Made by a program: the position numbers and the translations under genes | Notes under the pieces: model-generated | The model's database searches: none | What the model was told of the DNA's origin: nothing | What the model saw: only the letters and a program-made list of their open reading frames with translations | Part shown: piece after piece, positions 37,441-50,429 of the stretch | How positions within the stretch are numbered: position 1 is the first letter of the stretch | Layout: each line of letters begins with the position of its first letter | DNA from: Raja brachyura | Taxonomy: Eukaryota | DNA length: 64,000 nt | Reading direction: 5' to 3' | NCBI GenBank assembly: GCA_963514005.1 | Contig: OY740809.1 | Coordinates: 24,428,001-24,492,000, forward strand

Positions 37441-37994
37441 TATGGCAGGGAAGAATGTCTTTGGCTTCTACTAAAGCCTAGATGTCTTTCAAATGCATGT
37501 GAGACAGCTGACATGAATTGAAAATTGCCCACTTAACAAAACATAACTCAAATGAAGACTTATCATTATCGTTATCCTTTACCTAATCTTCCGTTAGTTA
37601 GCGTGATGGCTATTTTTATTGTCATTAGGCAACTCACCTATTCTCTTGAATGCTACTTTCCCTAAAAGTATTTCTACTTAGGTCTAATTTATTTTTGGGC
37701 ACAACTATTAACGAAAACATGGATATATTTTGCGTAAAGATGGCTTTTACGATGTTTAGTTGTCCATTTGTTGCTGTTATCCATACCAAGTGGAACCAGG
37801 CAGAAATACCTGTAGTGGCACAGCTGGTAGAGTGCTGCCTCACAGCGAAGGAGACCCAGGTTTGATCCTGACCTGTTGAATTACTTCAGCACTTTGTGTC
37901 TTTCCATGAGGTGGACATTGTTGTTTAAAAGAGCTGCTTTCTCCAATTTACCTCACTACACGATGCCCGCTCACACCTGTAGTAGAGTTAGATT

Positions 37995-38338
37995 TGGTTT
38001 AGTTTAGTTTAATTTAGTTTAGAGATACGGCACAGAAACAGGCCCTTTGGCCCACCGAGTCCTCACCGACCAGCGATCCCCACACAATAACACTATCCTA
38101 CACACACACTAGGGACAATTTATACTTTTACACATAGACCAGCCAATTAACGTACAAACCTGTATGTCTTCAGAGTGTGGGAGGAAAACCGAAGGACTCG
38201 GAGAAAATCCATGCTGTCACCGGGAGAACGTAAAACTCCATACAGACAGCACCTGTAGACGGAATCGAACCCGGGTCTCGGGCTCTGCAAGCGCTGTTGG
38301 ACAGCAACTCTACCACTGCGCCACCACTGCGCCACTGT
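37995..38338 (-). mobile_element. tRNA-derived SINE (HE1-like)
   Basis: (TTTAG)n tail, core, and GGAATCGAACC (B box reverse complement). Confidence 0.92.
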
Positions 38339-38769
38339 GGGTGTTGACTATTCTTTGGCAGAATATAGATGGCGAATGTTGGCAAATAATCCAATCGTGG
38401 TATGCATCACAAATCCATTTGTTTCCATCTTCCCTTGGCACTCTCCAGCAGAAATGATTTAATAGCCAAGAAAGGCGCTGATTTTCCTTCCCTGTACCTT
38501 CCAGGCTGTTTTCAGTCTTACTCCACTCAACCACCCACCTGGACCTAATTTAGTACAGAAGCATTTACGTAGCTCAATTGCAAACTGGAGCAACCTTTTA
38601 TTTACACAATCGTGTCTTTCATTTTCAATAGCTATGCAATGGGAAACCAGACCTGACAATTATTCGGAGATGCAGTCAAAACAGGGTAGAGAAAGAGAAC
38701 TCTAGAAAGCAAAAAGAGTTCAAATAAACCTGCTGTGGTCAAAATGAAATTCTATATCGTACACAGAGA

Positions 38770-39010
38770 AAGTACAGCACAGGTACAGGCCCTTCGCCCC
38801 ACAATGTCTGTGCTGACTATCCATGTGCCTATCTAATAACCCCTTTGACACCACTATTGTATCTGCCTCCACCACCAACCCTGGCAGCACATTCTAGGCA
38901 CCACCCTCTGTGAAATACATTCACCCTGCATATCTCCTATAAACTTTGCCTCTCTTACCTTAAAGCCATGCCCTCTAGTCTTCGACATTTCCATCATGAA
39001 GACAATGGTT
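38770..39010 (-). mobile_element. CR1 3' fragment
   Basis: gtacagcacaggtacaggcccttcg...cctccaccacc...ccctctagtc. Confidence 0.75.
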
Positions 39011-39924
39011 TTGACTGCATGAAAATGGGATAAAACATGTTAACATCCTAAAAACTGAAATTATGCCTCCGCAATGCTTTATCTGAGTTAACGTCCTTGG
39101 ATGCATCCCTGAAAAGTTAGACCCAGAAGTTATTCCAAAGCAGGGTCTATGTAGGTGGTGAATTTATGCACAAGTTGTCCCTTCAGTCTCAACACAAACA
39201 GGCGTGAATGGGAAAGAACTGGGGCCAAAGTAAATTTCAAATTCAGAAGAATCTTAACTATGAATATTTAGGTTTCAGCTTATTTAACCTTTACTCATGC
39301 ACATAATCCACACACTATGATTAAAAATAGTGAATTTTGCAAGCTTCTTTCATTTTTAATGTGGCATGCTATTTCACACAAAATCCATTTGAAGAAAGGA
39401 AATATACAGAGGCAAGATTTGGAGAGGTGAGTTCAAATAAAACTGGAGAACTTTCAATTAAAATTCCAGAAAAATGCCTTCCGCTCCACGGTGGCTGAAA
39501 ATCTAGTCAAATATTAAGAGAATCTACCAGACAAAAGAACTTCCAAGAAACTTGCTTTTAAGAGCTGTGTATGTGGCACAACCTTATATGGATGAAGAGT
39601 TTGATGGGCTGATGAAAAGTTCATGGTAACTTGGGCTTAGTGCAAATATTCTCATAATTCTTCTATGCTCCAAGGTCCAATTGATTTGATCGGATTACAT
39701 CCTGGTTACATATCCCGATGGGAGCAAATGTGATAAAAAGGCATATACATCTTTACATTTAATGTAATACTTTTGCAAATTCCTCCTCAACTATTACAAG
39801 GTCATTGAACTATGCCACTTTAGCTGTGTTAAAGTGCATCATAGTTCATTACGATGAAATTAAGATCATAAACTCATGAGATCATAATAATAAAACATAT
39901 AAAACAATATAGTATAGTACACAC

Positions 39925-40232
39925 TAGCCACACACTCATCTCCCTGCTACCTTCGGGTAGAAGGTACAGGAGCCTGAAGACTGCAACAACCCGGTTTAGG
40001 AATAGCTACTTCCCCACAGCCATCAGGCTATTAAACCTGGCTCGGAACTCTGAACATTAATATCCCTCCATCTGTTATTTGCACTTTATTAATTTATTAA
40101 GTCATGGGTGTATTTATGTATAGAATTGTAGTCAATGCCTTCTATGTTCTGTTGTGCTATGCAAAGAAAGATTTTCATTGTCCTGTCAGGGACACATGAC
40201 AATAAACTCTTTTGACTTTTGACTTTTGACTT
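39925..40232 (+). mobile_element. Rex1/Babar 3' end
   Basis: Near-identical to 19597-19900; (GACTTTT)n tail. Confidence 0.92.
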
Positions 40233-40749
40233 TAGTAGAAGTGAATAATACTACATATATAATGCTGGTGATATTGTTAGATATAATATAGGATGACGAA
40301 TATAAATGATTGCGTTACTGATAGACAATCAGCTTTATCACAATATAAACTTTGGAAGCCCAATTACTTTTGGTCACCAATAGACACTCACAAACAATGC
40401 TGAATGATTCCTGTGTAATGCAATGAGGAGATTAATATACCCTTTCTAAATCTCACACCATGCAAAACGGAAGCTAAAGGATAAGCAGTTGTCAGTTAGA
40501 GATAGCGTGGAGAGTGTGATAACATCTCAATAGGAAGGAAAAGGATCAGACAGAATGGAGGGGTACAAGTGTCTCCACATACCCAGCATAACGGATGCTG
40601 ACAATTAAAAGTATTTCTCTTACTGATAATCGAGTAGATTTTAAAACATTTACCACGTACTAAAGGAGCATTTCAACAACCCCCCCCCCCCCTTCACACT
40701 CTATATTTACAACCATCCAGAGAAAGGAAGGATCTTCATGTCAAGTTTT

Positions 40750-41062
40750 TGTTCAGTTTTAGTATAGTTCAGAGATACAGTGCGGCAACAGGCCCTTCGG
40801 CCCACCGAGTCTGCGCCGACCAGCGATCCCCACACGCTAGCACCATACTACACACACTGAAGGCAATTTACTATTTTACCAGGCCAATTATCCTACAAAC
40901 CTGTTCGTCTATGGAGTGTGAGAGGAAATTGGAGCACCCGAAGAAAACCCACACAGGTCACAGGGAGAAAACACTTCCTCCATACAGACAACACCCGTAG
41001 TCAGGATCGAACCTGGCTCTCTGACGCTGTAAGGCAGCAACTCTACCGCTGTGCCACCATGT
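40750..41062 (-). mobile_element. tRNA-derived SINE (HE1-like)
   Basis: Reverse-complement SINE with A and B boxes. Confidence 0.9.
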
Positions 41063-41827
41063 CGACCAGGGTGTTTGTCTCGAGCATAAAATATTTTCTT
41101 TAAGATCTATCAAGCAAAAATTTTAAATAGGTAGATTACTGGTAGAAAGACTTTAAGATTTCAGGAGCTTGCAGCTCAAGGATAAATATGTGGCATGGTG
41201 GTGCAACAGGTAGTGCTGCTACCTCATTGTTCCAGCAACTCAGCAACTAAGGTATGATCCTGACCTCTGGTGCCGTTTATGTGGTGTTCCACATCCCACA
41301 TTCCCCTTGCGAAACCGCTATTGCTCTGGTATCCTCCAACGTCCCAAGGATGTCAGTAGGTCAATTCGCTGCTGTAAGGAGCCAAAGAGCCTGAAAAACG
41401 CACCTGACCCAAAACAGCAGCTGTCCATTCCCTTCCCAGGTGCTGCCTGACTCGATGCGAACCTCCAGCACTTTGTGTTTAGCTACTGTAAGTTATCCCC
41501 AGTTTGGATGAGTGGTCAGAAAGTCAGTGAAGAGTTGGTTAGCACATAAAAGAGAATAGGTTACAAAGAAATGAGTGGGGGATTGAGGTGAACAGTTAAA
41601 AAAAATACACCAATGCCGGAAATACAAAATTTAAAAAGTGCTGGAAAAATCTCAATGTCAGGAAGCATTTGTGGAAAGAAAAGCAGAGATAACATTGCAG
41701 GTCCAAGACCCAATTTTGGATCTGAGGAAGTGAGAATATGCGTTTATTTTCAGTCGCAACGAGTGTCAGGGTAGGAGTGGGCATAACAAAGGAAGAGCAG
41801 AGTAATACCTGAGGAGTTAATGCAGCC

Positions 41828-41998
41828 GACACAAGGAACTGCAGATGCTGGAATCTTGAACTCAGCCGTTCAGGCAACAACTGCGGAGGGAATTGACACT
41901 GATCCGTCTGAAGAAGGATACCAACCCGAAACATAGTTTGTCCATTCCCCCTCACAGATGCTGCCTGACACGTTGGGTTCCTCCAGCACTTTGTGTTG
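41828..41998. repeat. Palindromic Penelope-derived repeat with hammerhead core boxes
   Basis: CTGAAGA-AGGATACCAACCC-GAAA-CATA at 41908-41935, preceded by an inverted arm. Confidence 0.7.
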
Positions 41999-43359
41999 AG
42001 TTCAACAGGCTCTAACGTTGTGTTGTCCATACCTGACATCAGATTACCACTGGTTCCTCTATAATTGCCATGCAAGTTTCTTGCCCTATGAAATTACCTT
42101 TTCCAGGTCTTATATCATTTTTTACTAGAAGTAATTCTCCAACAGTACCTGACACCAGTGTAGAAAAGGGGCCTTTATTTGCTTTTCACAGCTACTTAAC
42201 AAGCTTAATAAACCATTCAGCAAAAATGTTGCTGTTCAGAGAACTTCCTAATGCAAACCAGAATTTCTGTACAGGTGGTAGGAAAAGCAGACAGAAAGAA
42301 AAATAAATATAATTGCACAGATTGTAATTCATGAAGCTACTTTCAATTGATTGGTTCTAGTATGCTGCAGGAAAACTCAGATCTCTATTTAGTTTCAGTA
42401 TTGGAAAACCACACAGAGCTGTTAAAATTGTTGAGATGGTTGGGGATCATCTTGATGGTTTTTATTCTAGATGTGAAATGTATGCATTGTTGAAACTCCC
42501 ATGAATTGTGGAGAAAATAATATGATGCTAGGAAGACACATTTACTATTTAGGTTATTAAGTTAGGCAGTTCTAATTCTCAATGGGCAGCTTCCCATTCT
42601 CTTGCTAACCATCATGATCCATCATGTAAGAATCCTGTCACCATCAATGTAAATGAAAACGGCATCCATCTATCTTACTTACTTTGTGTATAGGTTCCAG
42701 AGGATGTTGGAAATACTCTGCAGGTCAGGCAGCATCTGTGGTGAGAAAGGGGAATTATCAGTTAATTTGCAGCACTATTACATGCTAATGCTAATGCTTC
42801 TTTCCTTGACGGTGGGTATTTTCAACATTTAGCAGATCACATCATATAAATGGATGAGCTCAGCATTTATCCACAATCTCGAGAGCTTAGTTGCGATTCC
42901 CTCTCTAACTTTCATGCAGAAATGACTATTTATTTCTTGAACCTACCATTCCTTCCCTTCTCCTTTTAGTCCTGTGATATTCTCAAAGAACATAATTAAG
43001 TAGCAGATTTCTTGAATGAAAAAATAAAACACCAGAACTATTTGCACAACCAGATGTTATATTTGTCTCCTTAGCACCATTTTATCAAATTGCAACTTCT
43101 GTGAATTAGTACAAGGAGTTCCATAAGAATGGCCAATTCTACCCAACACGGAGCAGGCTATACTTGAGATGATATTACACAGATATGATTAAGAAATGAA
43201 ATTTCCATAATTAAATTTAATTTTACATTCAGTTGAGGAGGAGAAGAAAGGCTCCAACTCTACTATTTTAGCTTTAAATACGGACAACTATGAAGTCATA
43301 CAGGAAGAGTTGGCTAAAGTATATTGCTACATGAGCTTAAGGGATATGTCAGGCAAAGA

Positions 43360-43570
43360 ATCATGGAGTAAGCAGCACGGGAACATGCCCGTTGGCCCAA
43401 CATGCACATGCCGACCAACGTGCCCCGTCTATGATGGTCCCACCTGTCCACGTTTTCCTCATATTCTTCTAAACCTTTCCTATCCATGTACCCGTCTGAA
43501 TGCCTTTTTAATATTGTTATACTACCTGCCTCAACTACCTCCTCTGAAGCTCGTTCCACATACTCACCAT
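43360..43570 (-). mobile_element. CR1 3' fragment
   Basis: Encodes EEVVEAGSITILKRHSDGYMDRKGLE, followed by the 3' UTR. Confidence 0.8.
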
Positions 43571-43699
43571 CCAGTCAAGATGCATTTGCAGACATTCACG
43601 AGGATCTTTCAGATTGCATTGAATGGAAACATACCCATGAGAACAAAAACCGAAATAGAACCTGTCCTTAACCACCATCCTTGGCTAACTAACCAAATT

Positions 43700-43833
43700 A
43701 GTCTAAAGAAGAGTATGGACCCGAAACGTCACCCATTCCATCTCTCCAGAGATGCTGCCTGTCCCAACTGAGTTACTCCAGCTTTTTGTGCCTATCTTCG
43801 GTTTAAACCAGCATCTGCAGTTCCTTCCTACAC
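43700..43833 (+). repeat. Penelope-derived short repeat
   Basis: gtctaaagaagagtatggacccGAAAcgtcacccattcc...gagatgctgcctgtccc.ctgagttactccagc. Confidence 0.8.
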
Positions 43834-44819
43834 AAGTTAAATATCGAACTTAAAGAAAAAAGATATTATAATGTGGGAGGCATGTCAGAAGATTATACAG
43901 AGTATTTTAAAAAGCAGCAATAAATGATTGAAGATTGATAAGGAAGGAAATTGAGAGCAACAAACAATGCTAGCCAAGAGACAATAAGAGTATTTGGAAA
44001 AGAAAAGATTCACAAAATTACTGTGGGGCTCATAGAAAGTGAGTCAGGAAAATTAACAATGGAAAACATGGGGATAGCATTGCATTATTTTGCATCAATC
44101 TTCATTATAGAGAATACAAATTACATCCCAGAATTAGCTTTAAATCAAGAATTAGCGAAAAATAGTGGGAGTCAGGTAAATTACCATGGATGAGGAACTG
44201 GGCAAATTATTGCAGCTGCAGGCTGATAAGTCTTTGGTTTCTGATAATTTATCCTTGGATCTTAAGAGAATGGGTTGGCGAGAGAGATGGTTTCCCTTTC
44301 CAAAATTCCTGAAATTCAGGAAATCAGTTCAGTGTGCAGGACATGAGTTAGATAATGGGCTTTTGGACATAAGCTAAGCTGTGGAGTTTTTAATAACAAA
44401 TCCTGGCTTCCATTACAGGCTTTTTCATTCCATAATTTATTTCACCAAATTTTATCGGCCTCACAGAGGTGGTGTAATTTGAACTCCTACTGTTGAATCT
44501 TCTATTTAAGCTATGGATTACAAGATCAATTTTAAATAGGCTGCTGTATTGAGTTGGAAATCCAGTCAATAACGTTCAGGCTACCACGTTCAAAGAGCAC
44601 ATAGCCGATTCAGTTCAGCTCTGAACATCAAAGCAAAATGGCCTAGACATTGCATTGCATCATGCAAGGTTTATGTGTGCCATTTGACTGAATTTCAATG
44701 AAAAATAAATTGACATGGATCAGAGACTTGTCTAAAAGATTGCAAAGAGGAACATTCTCCTTCCTGGTTCTCCACACATCAGATGTCCTGATCCTTGAGA
44801 AAGCTTGACATAAGCAATG

Positions 44820-45142
44820 GTTTAGTTTAGTTTAGTTTATAGATACAGTGCAGAAACAAGCCCTTCGGCCCACCGGGTCCGTGCCGACCAGAGATCCCCG
44901 CTATCGTGGATCAACACGATCCTACACCCACTAGGGACAATTTACATTTATACCAAGTCAATTAACCTACAAACCCGTACATTTTCGTAGGAGGAAAGCG
45001 AAGACCACTGAGAAAACCCACACATGTCACGGGGAGAACGTACAAACTCCGTACAGACAGCACCCGTAGTTGGGATCGAATCTGGGTCTCTGGCATTGTA
45101 TTCGCTATAAGGCATCAACTCTACCGCTGTGTCACCGTGCCG
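44820..45142 (-). mobile_element. tRNA-derived SINE (HE1-like)
   Basis: Tail, core and head recognisable. Confidence 0.9.
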
Positions 45143-45899
45143 CTGTGGTGTTTGATATGCCTCATCAATCATTTTCAGTGGTGCCCTTTGGTTCTAAATG
45201 GAAGAGGGCACCCACACTTAAGCACGTGAAGAGAGCACCAGTGGAGATTACAGTACTGGCAGAATAGACCTGATGGGCCGAATGGCCTAATTCTGCTCCC
45301 ATCACTTATGAACTTATGTTCCCTCCCACTTTGGCTGGCTGACCATGTGGAGTAAAAGCATTTGTGCATGTTAAATGTGCAAGACAGGATCTATTTCACA
45401 CAATATATGTGGCACAGTTGTAGAGTTGCTATTTCAACCTATACAGTGTTCCTACATGAAGCCCTTATTCCTCTCAGTTGAATGAAACTCCTTCCCAGGC
45501 TGATGAATTTTAAGTGTGAGCTTACGTTCAATACTCTGGTGTAGTGTGAAGGTAAGTCTGAAGAAGGATCCTATCCCAAAACATCACCTGTCTTAAGTCT
45601 GAAGAAGGGTTCTTTCACTGAAAAGAATAAATTGACAAAATCCATGTAATGCTTTGGCCTCCCTCCAAGAATGATTTCCCATCCACACTCTCAACCCAAC
45701 TTAAACCTGTCATGTTGTAATTGGGCCATTGTTGTTGTGTGTGTTTTAAAATGATGATGTGCTATAATGCAATGGTGATATTTTCACTGCCAAGAGCGTG
45801 TAATCAAGAAGGAAGTATACCTAGTTCAAATTTATCTCAGTGTTAAGAAAAGTTCAAACAACAGAAGCTAGTACGTTTTTTAGTAAAAAAAAGATACTC

Positions 45900-46207
45900 T
45901 GGCATGGTGGCGCAGTGGTAGAGTTGCTGCCTTACAGCGCCAGAGACCCAGGTTTGATCCTGACTACAGGTGTTGTCTGTACGGAGTTTGTACGCTCTCC
46001 CCGTGACTTGTGTGGGTTTTCTCCAAGATCTTCAGTTTCCTCCCACACAAAGACGTACAGGTCTGTAGGCTAATTGGCTTGATATAAATGTAAATTGTCC
46101 GTATGTGTAAGATAGTGCTAGTGTGTGGGGGTCGCTGGTCCCCATGGACTCGGTGGGCCGAAGGGCCTGTTTCTGTGCTGTATCTCTAAACTAAACTAAA
46201 CTAAACT
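45900..46207 (+). mobile_element. tRNA-derived SINE (HE1-like), full length
   Basis: GGTGGCGCAGTGG A box, GGTTTGATCC B box and (CTAAA)n tail. Confidence 0.93.
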
Positions 46208-46959
46208 AGCAGAAAAGTAATTGTGTAAAATGCGTTATGTACAATTTTAATGTTAGATGATGAACTGGTTGATTTACATACTAAGAACAGAGCATTATTC
46301 TGAGTTACCTGAATTTAAGCCATGGTATATTTCTATAGAGCCAAAGGACAATCATTAGGTTAAATGTTGTTACAATTAATTATAAAAACATGTTTAAAGA
46401 TGAAATTGTGCAATTTGTCTTTGCTGTATAATAAACAATGGAATACAGATTGAACGTGTTAACTAGATATTGCTTTTAACACCAGCCCTGGGGAAACTAT
46501 AATTGTGAGTCAGTTGCCGCAGCCTATGTCCATTCTATGTATACAGGGTTTTCTCAGGAAATAGTGACTCAGAAATTGCATTGTGTGTACATCAATCAGT
46601 AGAGAATGGAATTTATTTTTTAATCATGTAAGCTAACATGAATGGAGGCACCGTACACTTGGGAACTAAGATAGATAAGTAGCAAATAACAAAAGAAACA
46701 TTATGGAGCCTCAACATGTGAAAGGCTGATGGATTATTGAAAAACAAATCATTGTAAGTTGTAACTTACAGGTAATAATACCTGCCAAGGGTAATGCGAT
46801 CCAAAATTATAAGGTTTATTACTTCGTACATGTCAGTGCAAACTATAGTTTGAAATATTACAGCTACACTACAATTCATTAGTTTTAATTGGGGCAAGGA
46901 ATACCACTGTTTAAATTTCCAAATTTTATTTAGTTATTATAAAAAACGATAATAATTGG

Positions 46960-47120
46960 GCACCATTGAAGGCCCATCTCCAGTGCTTAGAAATGCGGAT
47001 TGTAGGTAGTCCATGATTCAGAGATATAACGGAGAATATTGATCACTGCTGCTTTGCAGAACTTGAGCTTTGTGCCAGGATTGAGTTCGTTCCCTTTCCA
47101 TTTCAACCACCTTCAGGTTT
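46960..47120 (-). mobile_element. RTE-clade LINE fragment (degenerate)
   Basis: Minus frame encodes PGTKLKFCKAAVINILRYISESWTTYNPHF*ALE, resembling the RTE motif TKLKVY.AVV...LLYG.E.WT.Y..H...LE. Confidence 0.6.
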
Positions 47121-47939
47121 TTTTTACACCAGGTTTTAATGTTGTGCACTTGTTCAATATGTTTGTTCGTCGATATTTTGTTAAGAAACTGCAAAATGCT
47201 TGGTGTGTCCTTGACAAGGCTGTCCAGAAAACCCTCAATTGTCAGCTGGATAGACCACATCCTCAGCGTGATACTGAATGGAGAATTAGACAGAAAAACA
47301 ATGTGACAAACAGAAGAAGAATGAAACTTGCTGACCCAAAGAATAACCAAATACATGAAAACCAAAGGAGAGATTGCCTCAGATTCAAGAATGCACTCAA
47401 GTTCTAATGGATAGAACATTTTCTGTAGAATATATGAAGAAGTTTGGAGGAAAGCCGCAGATGATGAGAATGGAAAGTAAATATCTTTGAATCTTCCTGC
47501 AACTTCCATACATGTCATCGTGCTGGGTATCTCTAGTTGAAAACTGCCCACATAAGAATTAGAAGGTCCTGCGAATGTTAAATGGTGATAAACCTTACTA
47601 AGTAAAAAAGACTAGCTTTGACATTTGGTTTGTGCTGTGCTCGGGCCCCTCACCATTGACTCTCGTGGTCGTGTCATTTGTACCCCAAATGCAAAAAAGG
47701 GAAGAACCAGAAGTTAGTTGGGTAATGATTAGGGAAATTGAGGAGATGTCAGGAGGATAAAAGCACAAAATAGCTAATATCCCAGTTTTAAATTGCTCTA
47801 CAAGAAAGGTGTGTGCATGTCAATTACAGATAGACCCTGATTTAGATTTACATGCAATTTATTGTGAAATAATCATTCAAAAGTCAAGAAGTGGTGAGGT
47901 ATTTTTGCCACTAGTAGTAAAGAGTATTACTAATACTAG

Positions 47940-48100
47940 AGAGAGTTACTTAGAGCTCTTAGGGCTAACGGAATGATGGGTTTTGGGGAGAAAGCAGGAA
48001 TGGGTACTGATTTTGGATGATCAGCCATGATCATATTGAATGACGATGCTGGCTCGAAGGGCAGAATGGTCTACTCCTGCACCTATATTCTATGTTTCTA
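47940..48100 (+). mobile_element. CR1 3' end
   Basis: gatcagccatgatcatattgaatg...ctcgaaggg...ctcctgcacctat..tctatgtttcta. Confidence 0.88.
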
Positions 48101-48609
48101 AGAGTATTGCATATCAAAATATTTGTTTATTAATACAAAAATTGTGCATTCTGTACAGAAGGCATTCCATTATGAACTCTTAGATGATGAGGTTTGCCAC
48201 TAAGAAATTCAGTCAAAAATGTACTTTTAAAACTTCAGGGTTCTGAAATTTGATTGAACGACTGCCAGGTCGTTGAGGCATTTGCATTATACCCAGGCAG
48301 CCTCAAGAAAGTCAGCAAGCTTAAAGTTGGTATAAAAGCTTGGAATTTGGATCATCCGGGCCAATCTCATAAAAGTCTATTTTACCCAAGGTAGATTGGG
48401 CTAACAAGGTAAAACTGCCCCCTTTTAAGTAATTGGACCAGGTACCTCAGTGCACTAACAGACCTGACAATTTTCTGGCATCAGACATCCACTTATCCAC
48501 TTAATGACTTCACCACTCACGCCTCATCCACTTCAAGCCCCACATTATAATTGGAACAAGTTATGGCCATTGTGGAATAGTAACGGCACAACCAGAAGTA
48601 CACATTACC

Positions 48610-49508
48610 TCAAGAGTCAAGAGTCAAGAGTGTTTTATTGTCATATGTCCCAGATAGGACAATGAAATTCTTACTTGCTGCAGCACAACAGAATATGTAA
48701 ACATGGTACATAACGGAAGGAAAACAAGTTCAGTGTGTCTGTATACACATGCACACATACTCAATAAATAAACAAATATAGTCCAATAATAATAATCATC
48801 TGTTGCAGTTCAGAGCTTATTTGTTGTTGTGTTTAATAGCCTGATGGCTGTAGGGAAGAAGCTGTTCCTGAACCTGGGCCTTACAGTTTTCAGGCTCCTG
48901 TACCTTATTCCCGATGGCAATGGTGAAGTGAGTGTGTGGCCAGGATGATGTGGGTCTTTGATGATGTTGGCTGCCTTTTTGAGGCAGCAACTTCGATAGA
49001 TCCCTTCGATGATAGGGAGATCAGAGCCGGTGATGGACTGGGCAGTGGTCACAATATTTTGCAGTCTTTTCCGCTCCTGGACGTTCAAGTTGCCGAATCA
49101 GGTCACGATGCAACCGGTCAGTGTGCTCTCTACCGTACACCTGTAGAGGTTCGAGAGAGTCCTCCTGGACCTACCGAATCTCCGTAATCTTCTCAGGAAG
49201 TAGAGGCGCTGATGTGCCTTCTTTATAATTGCATCAGTGTGCTGGGTCCAGGAAAGATCTTCGGAAATATGCACGTCCATGAATATAAACAGGATTGTGG
49301 GTCCTCATCCTTCCCCTTCCAAAGTCCATAATCAGTTCCTTGGTTCAACTAATGTTGAGAGCCAGGTTGTTGTGCTGGCACCATCTGGTCAATTGGTCGA
49401 TCTCATTTCTATACTCTGACTCATCACCATCTGTAATTCGTCCAACGATAGTGGTATCGCCAGTGAACTTGATGATGGAGTTCGCACTATGTCTGGCTAC
49501 ACAGTCAT
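48610..49508 (-). mobile_element. Rex1/Babar RT C-terminus and 3' end
   Basis: IIKFTGDTTIVG, KTKELIMDF, EDLSWTQHTDAIIKKAHQRLYFLRRL and PLPSGIRYRS; (CTCTTGA)n tail. Confidence 0.9.
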
Positions 49509-49876
49509 GTTGTTGTTTTTATTATTATTTAAAAGGGAAACTCAGACTGAATAGCTTCAAAATGTAGCTGCTAACAATGTCATTCAATGGGTGCCACAGT
49601 GGTGACATTAATGAATCATGTTGAAGACCCCTGGCAAGTTGGAATTACGTTGTTGGCAAGGCCTGTACCAGTACCAGCAGCTGTCACATTGGCATACCTT
49701 TCAGAAATTAGATTTGGCCTGGAATTAGCATGAATTTCAACAGTGCTATTGTAATGAGAATTGTCCACAACAGCAAATTAGCAAGACGTTATCAAAGTCA
49801 AAAACCAATGTGTGATTGAGCTTTAACATCAAAATGCCTTTCCCATCTTACAGCCAAATTTGAATTTGTTTTGGTA

Positions 49877-49970
49877 AGACACGAAACGCCGGGGTAACTC
49901 TGTGGCTCAGGCAGCATCCCTGGAGAACATATATAAGTGACATTTCGGGTCTGGACTCTTCTTCAGCCTG
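49877..49970 (-). ncRNA. Penelope-derived repeat with intact minimal hammerhead core (49937-49966)
   Basis: Minus strand reads CUGAAGA-A-GAGUC-CA-GACCC-GAAA-UG-UC-AC. Confidence 0.65.
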
Positions 49971-50429
49971 ATTGCAGGGTTGTGTTCAAATTTGATGCGT
50001 TATATTGCTCCGTATGCCTGTGACTGCAATCTGATTGCTCCTTTTCTGTTTGAGTGAGCGGTCTGTGGTGGTTAACCATGACAAGCATTAGTGCGCTGAC
50101 AGAGAGACTGCATTGGCTATTGAATTGGTGCCCTCATGAGGCAGCCATCAATGCCTGAACTTGCATTCCAGGTGACCTCTCAGCATCTGCAGAACCAATA
50201 GTCCAACAATCTGACGGCACTAAAACCACTCTATTGTTGTTTCAACCCCCAGAACCAAAGGTGAGTGGTTAACGATCTAGAAAATAGTCTACAATGCAAT
50301 TAAATGTGACATTCTCCACAAAGGCAAAGACATTTTTAAGAAGAAGAGCATGATCAAGATGCCAAGAGACCACATACCTCTGACATGGGTGACCCAAATT
50401 TATTAAAGGCTAGAATACCAGTACCACAA

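Noticed and set aside
41596-42075. 159-aa minus-strand ORF
   Set aside because: It runs through Penelope-derived repeats and is a chance open frame.
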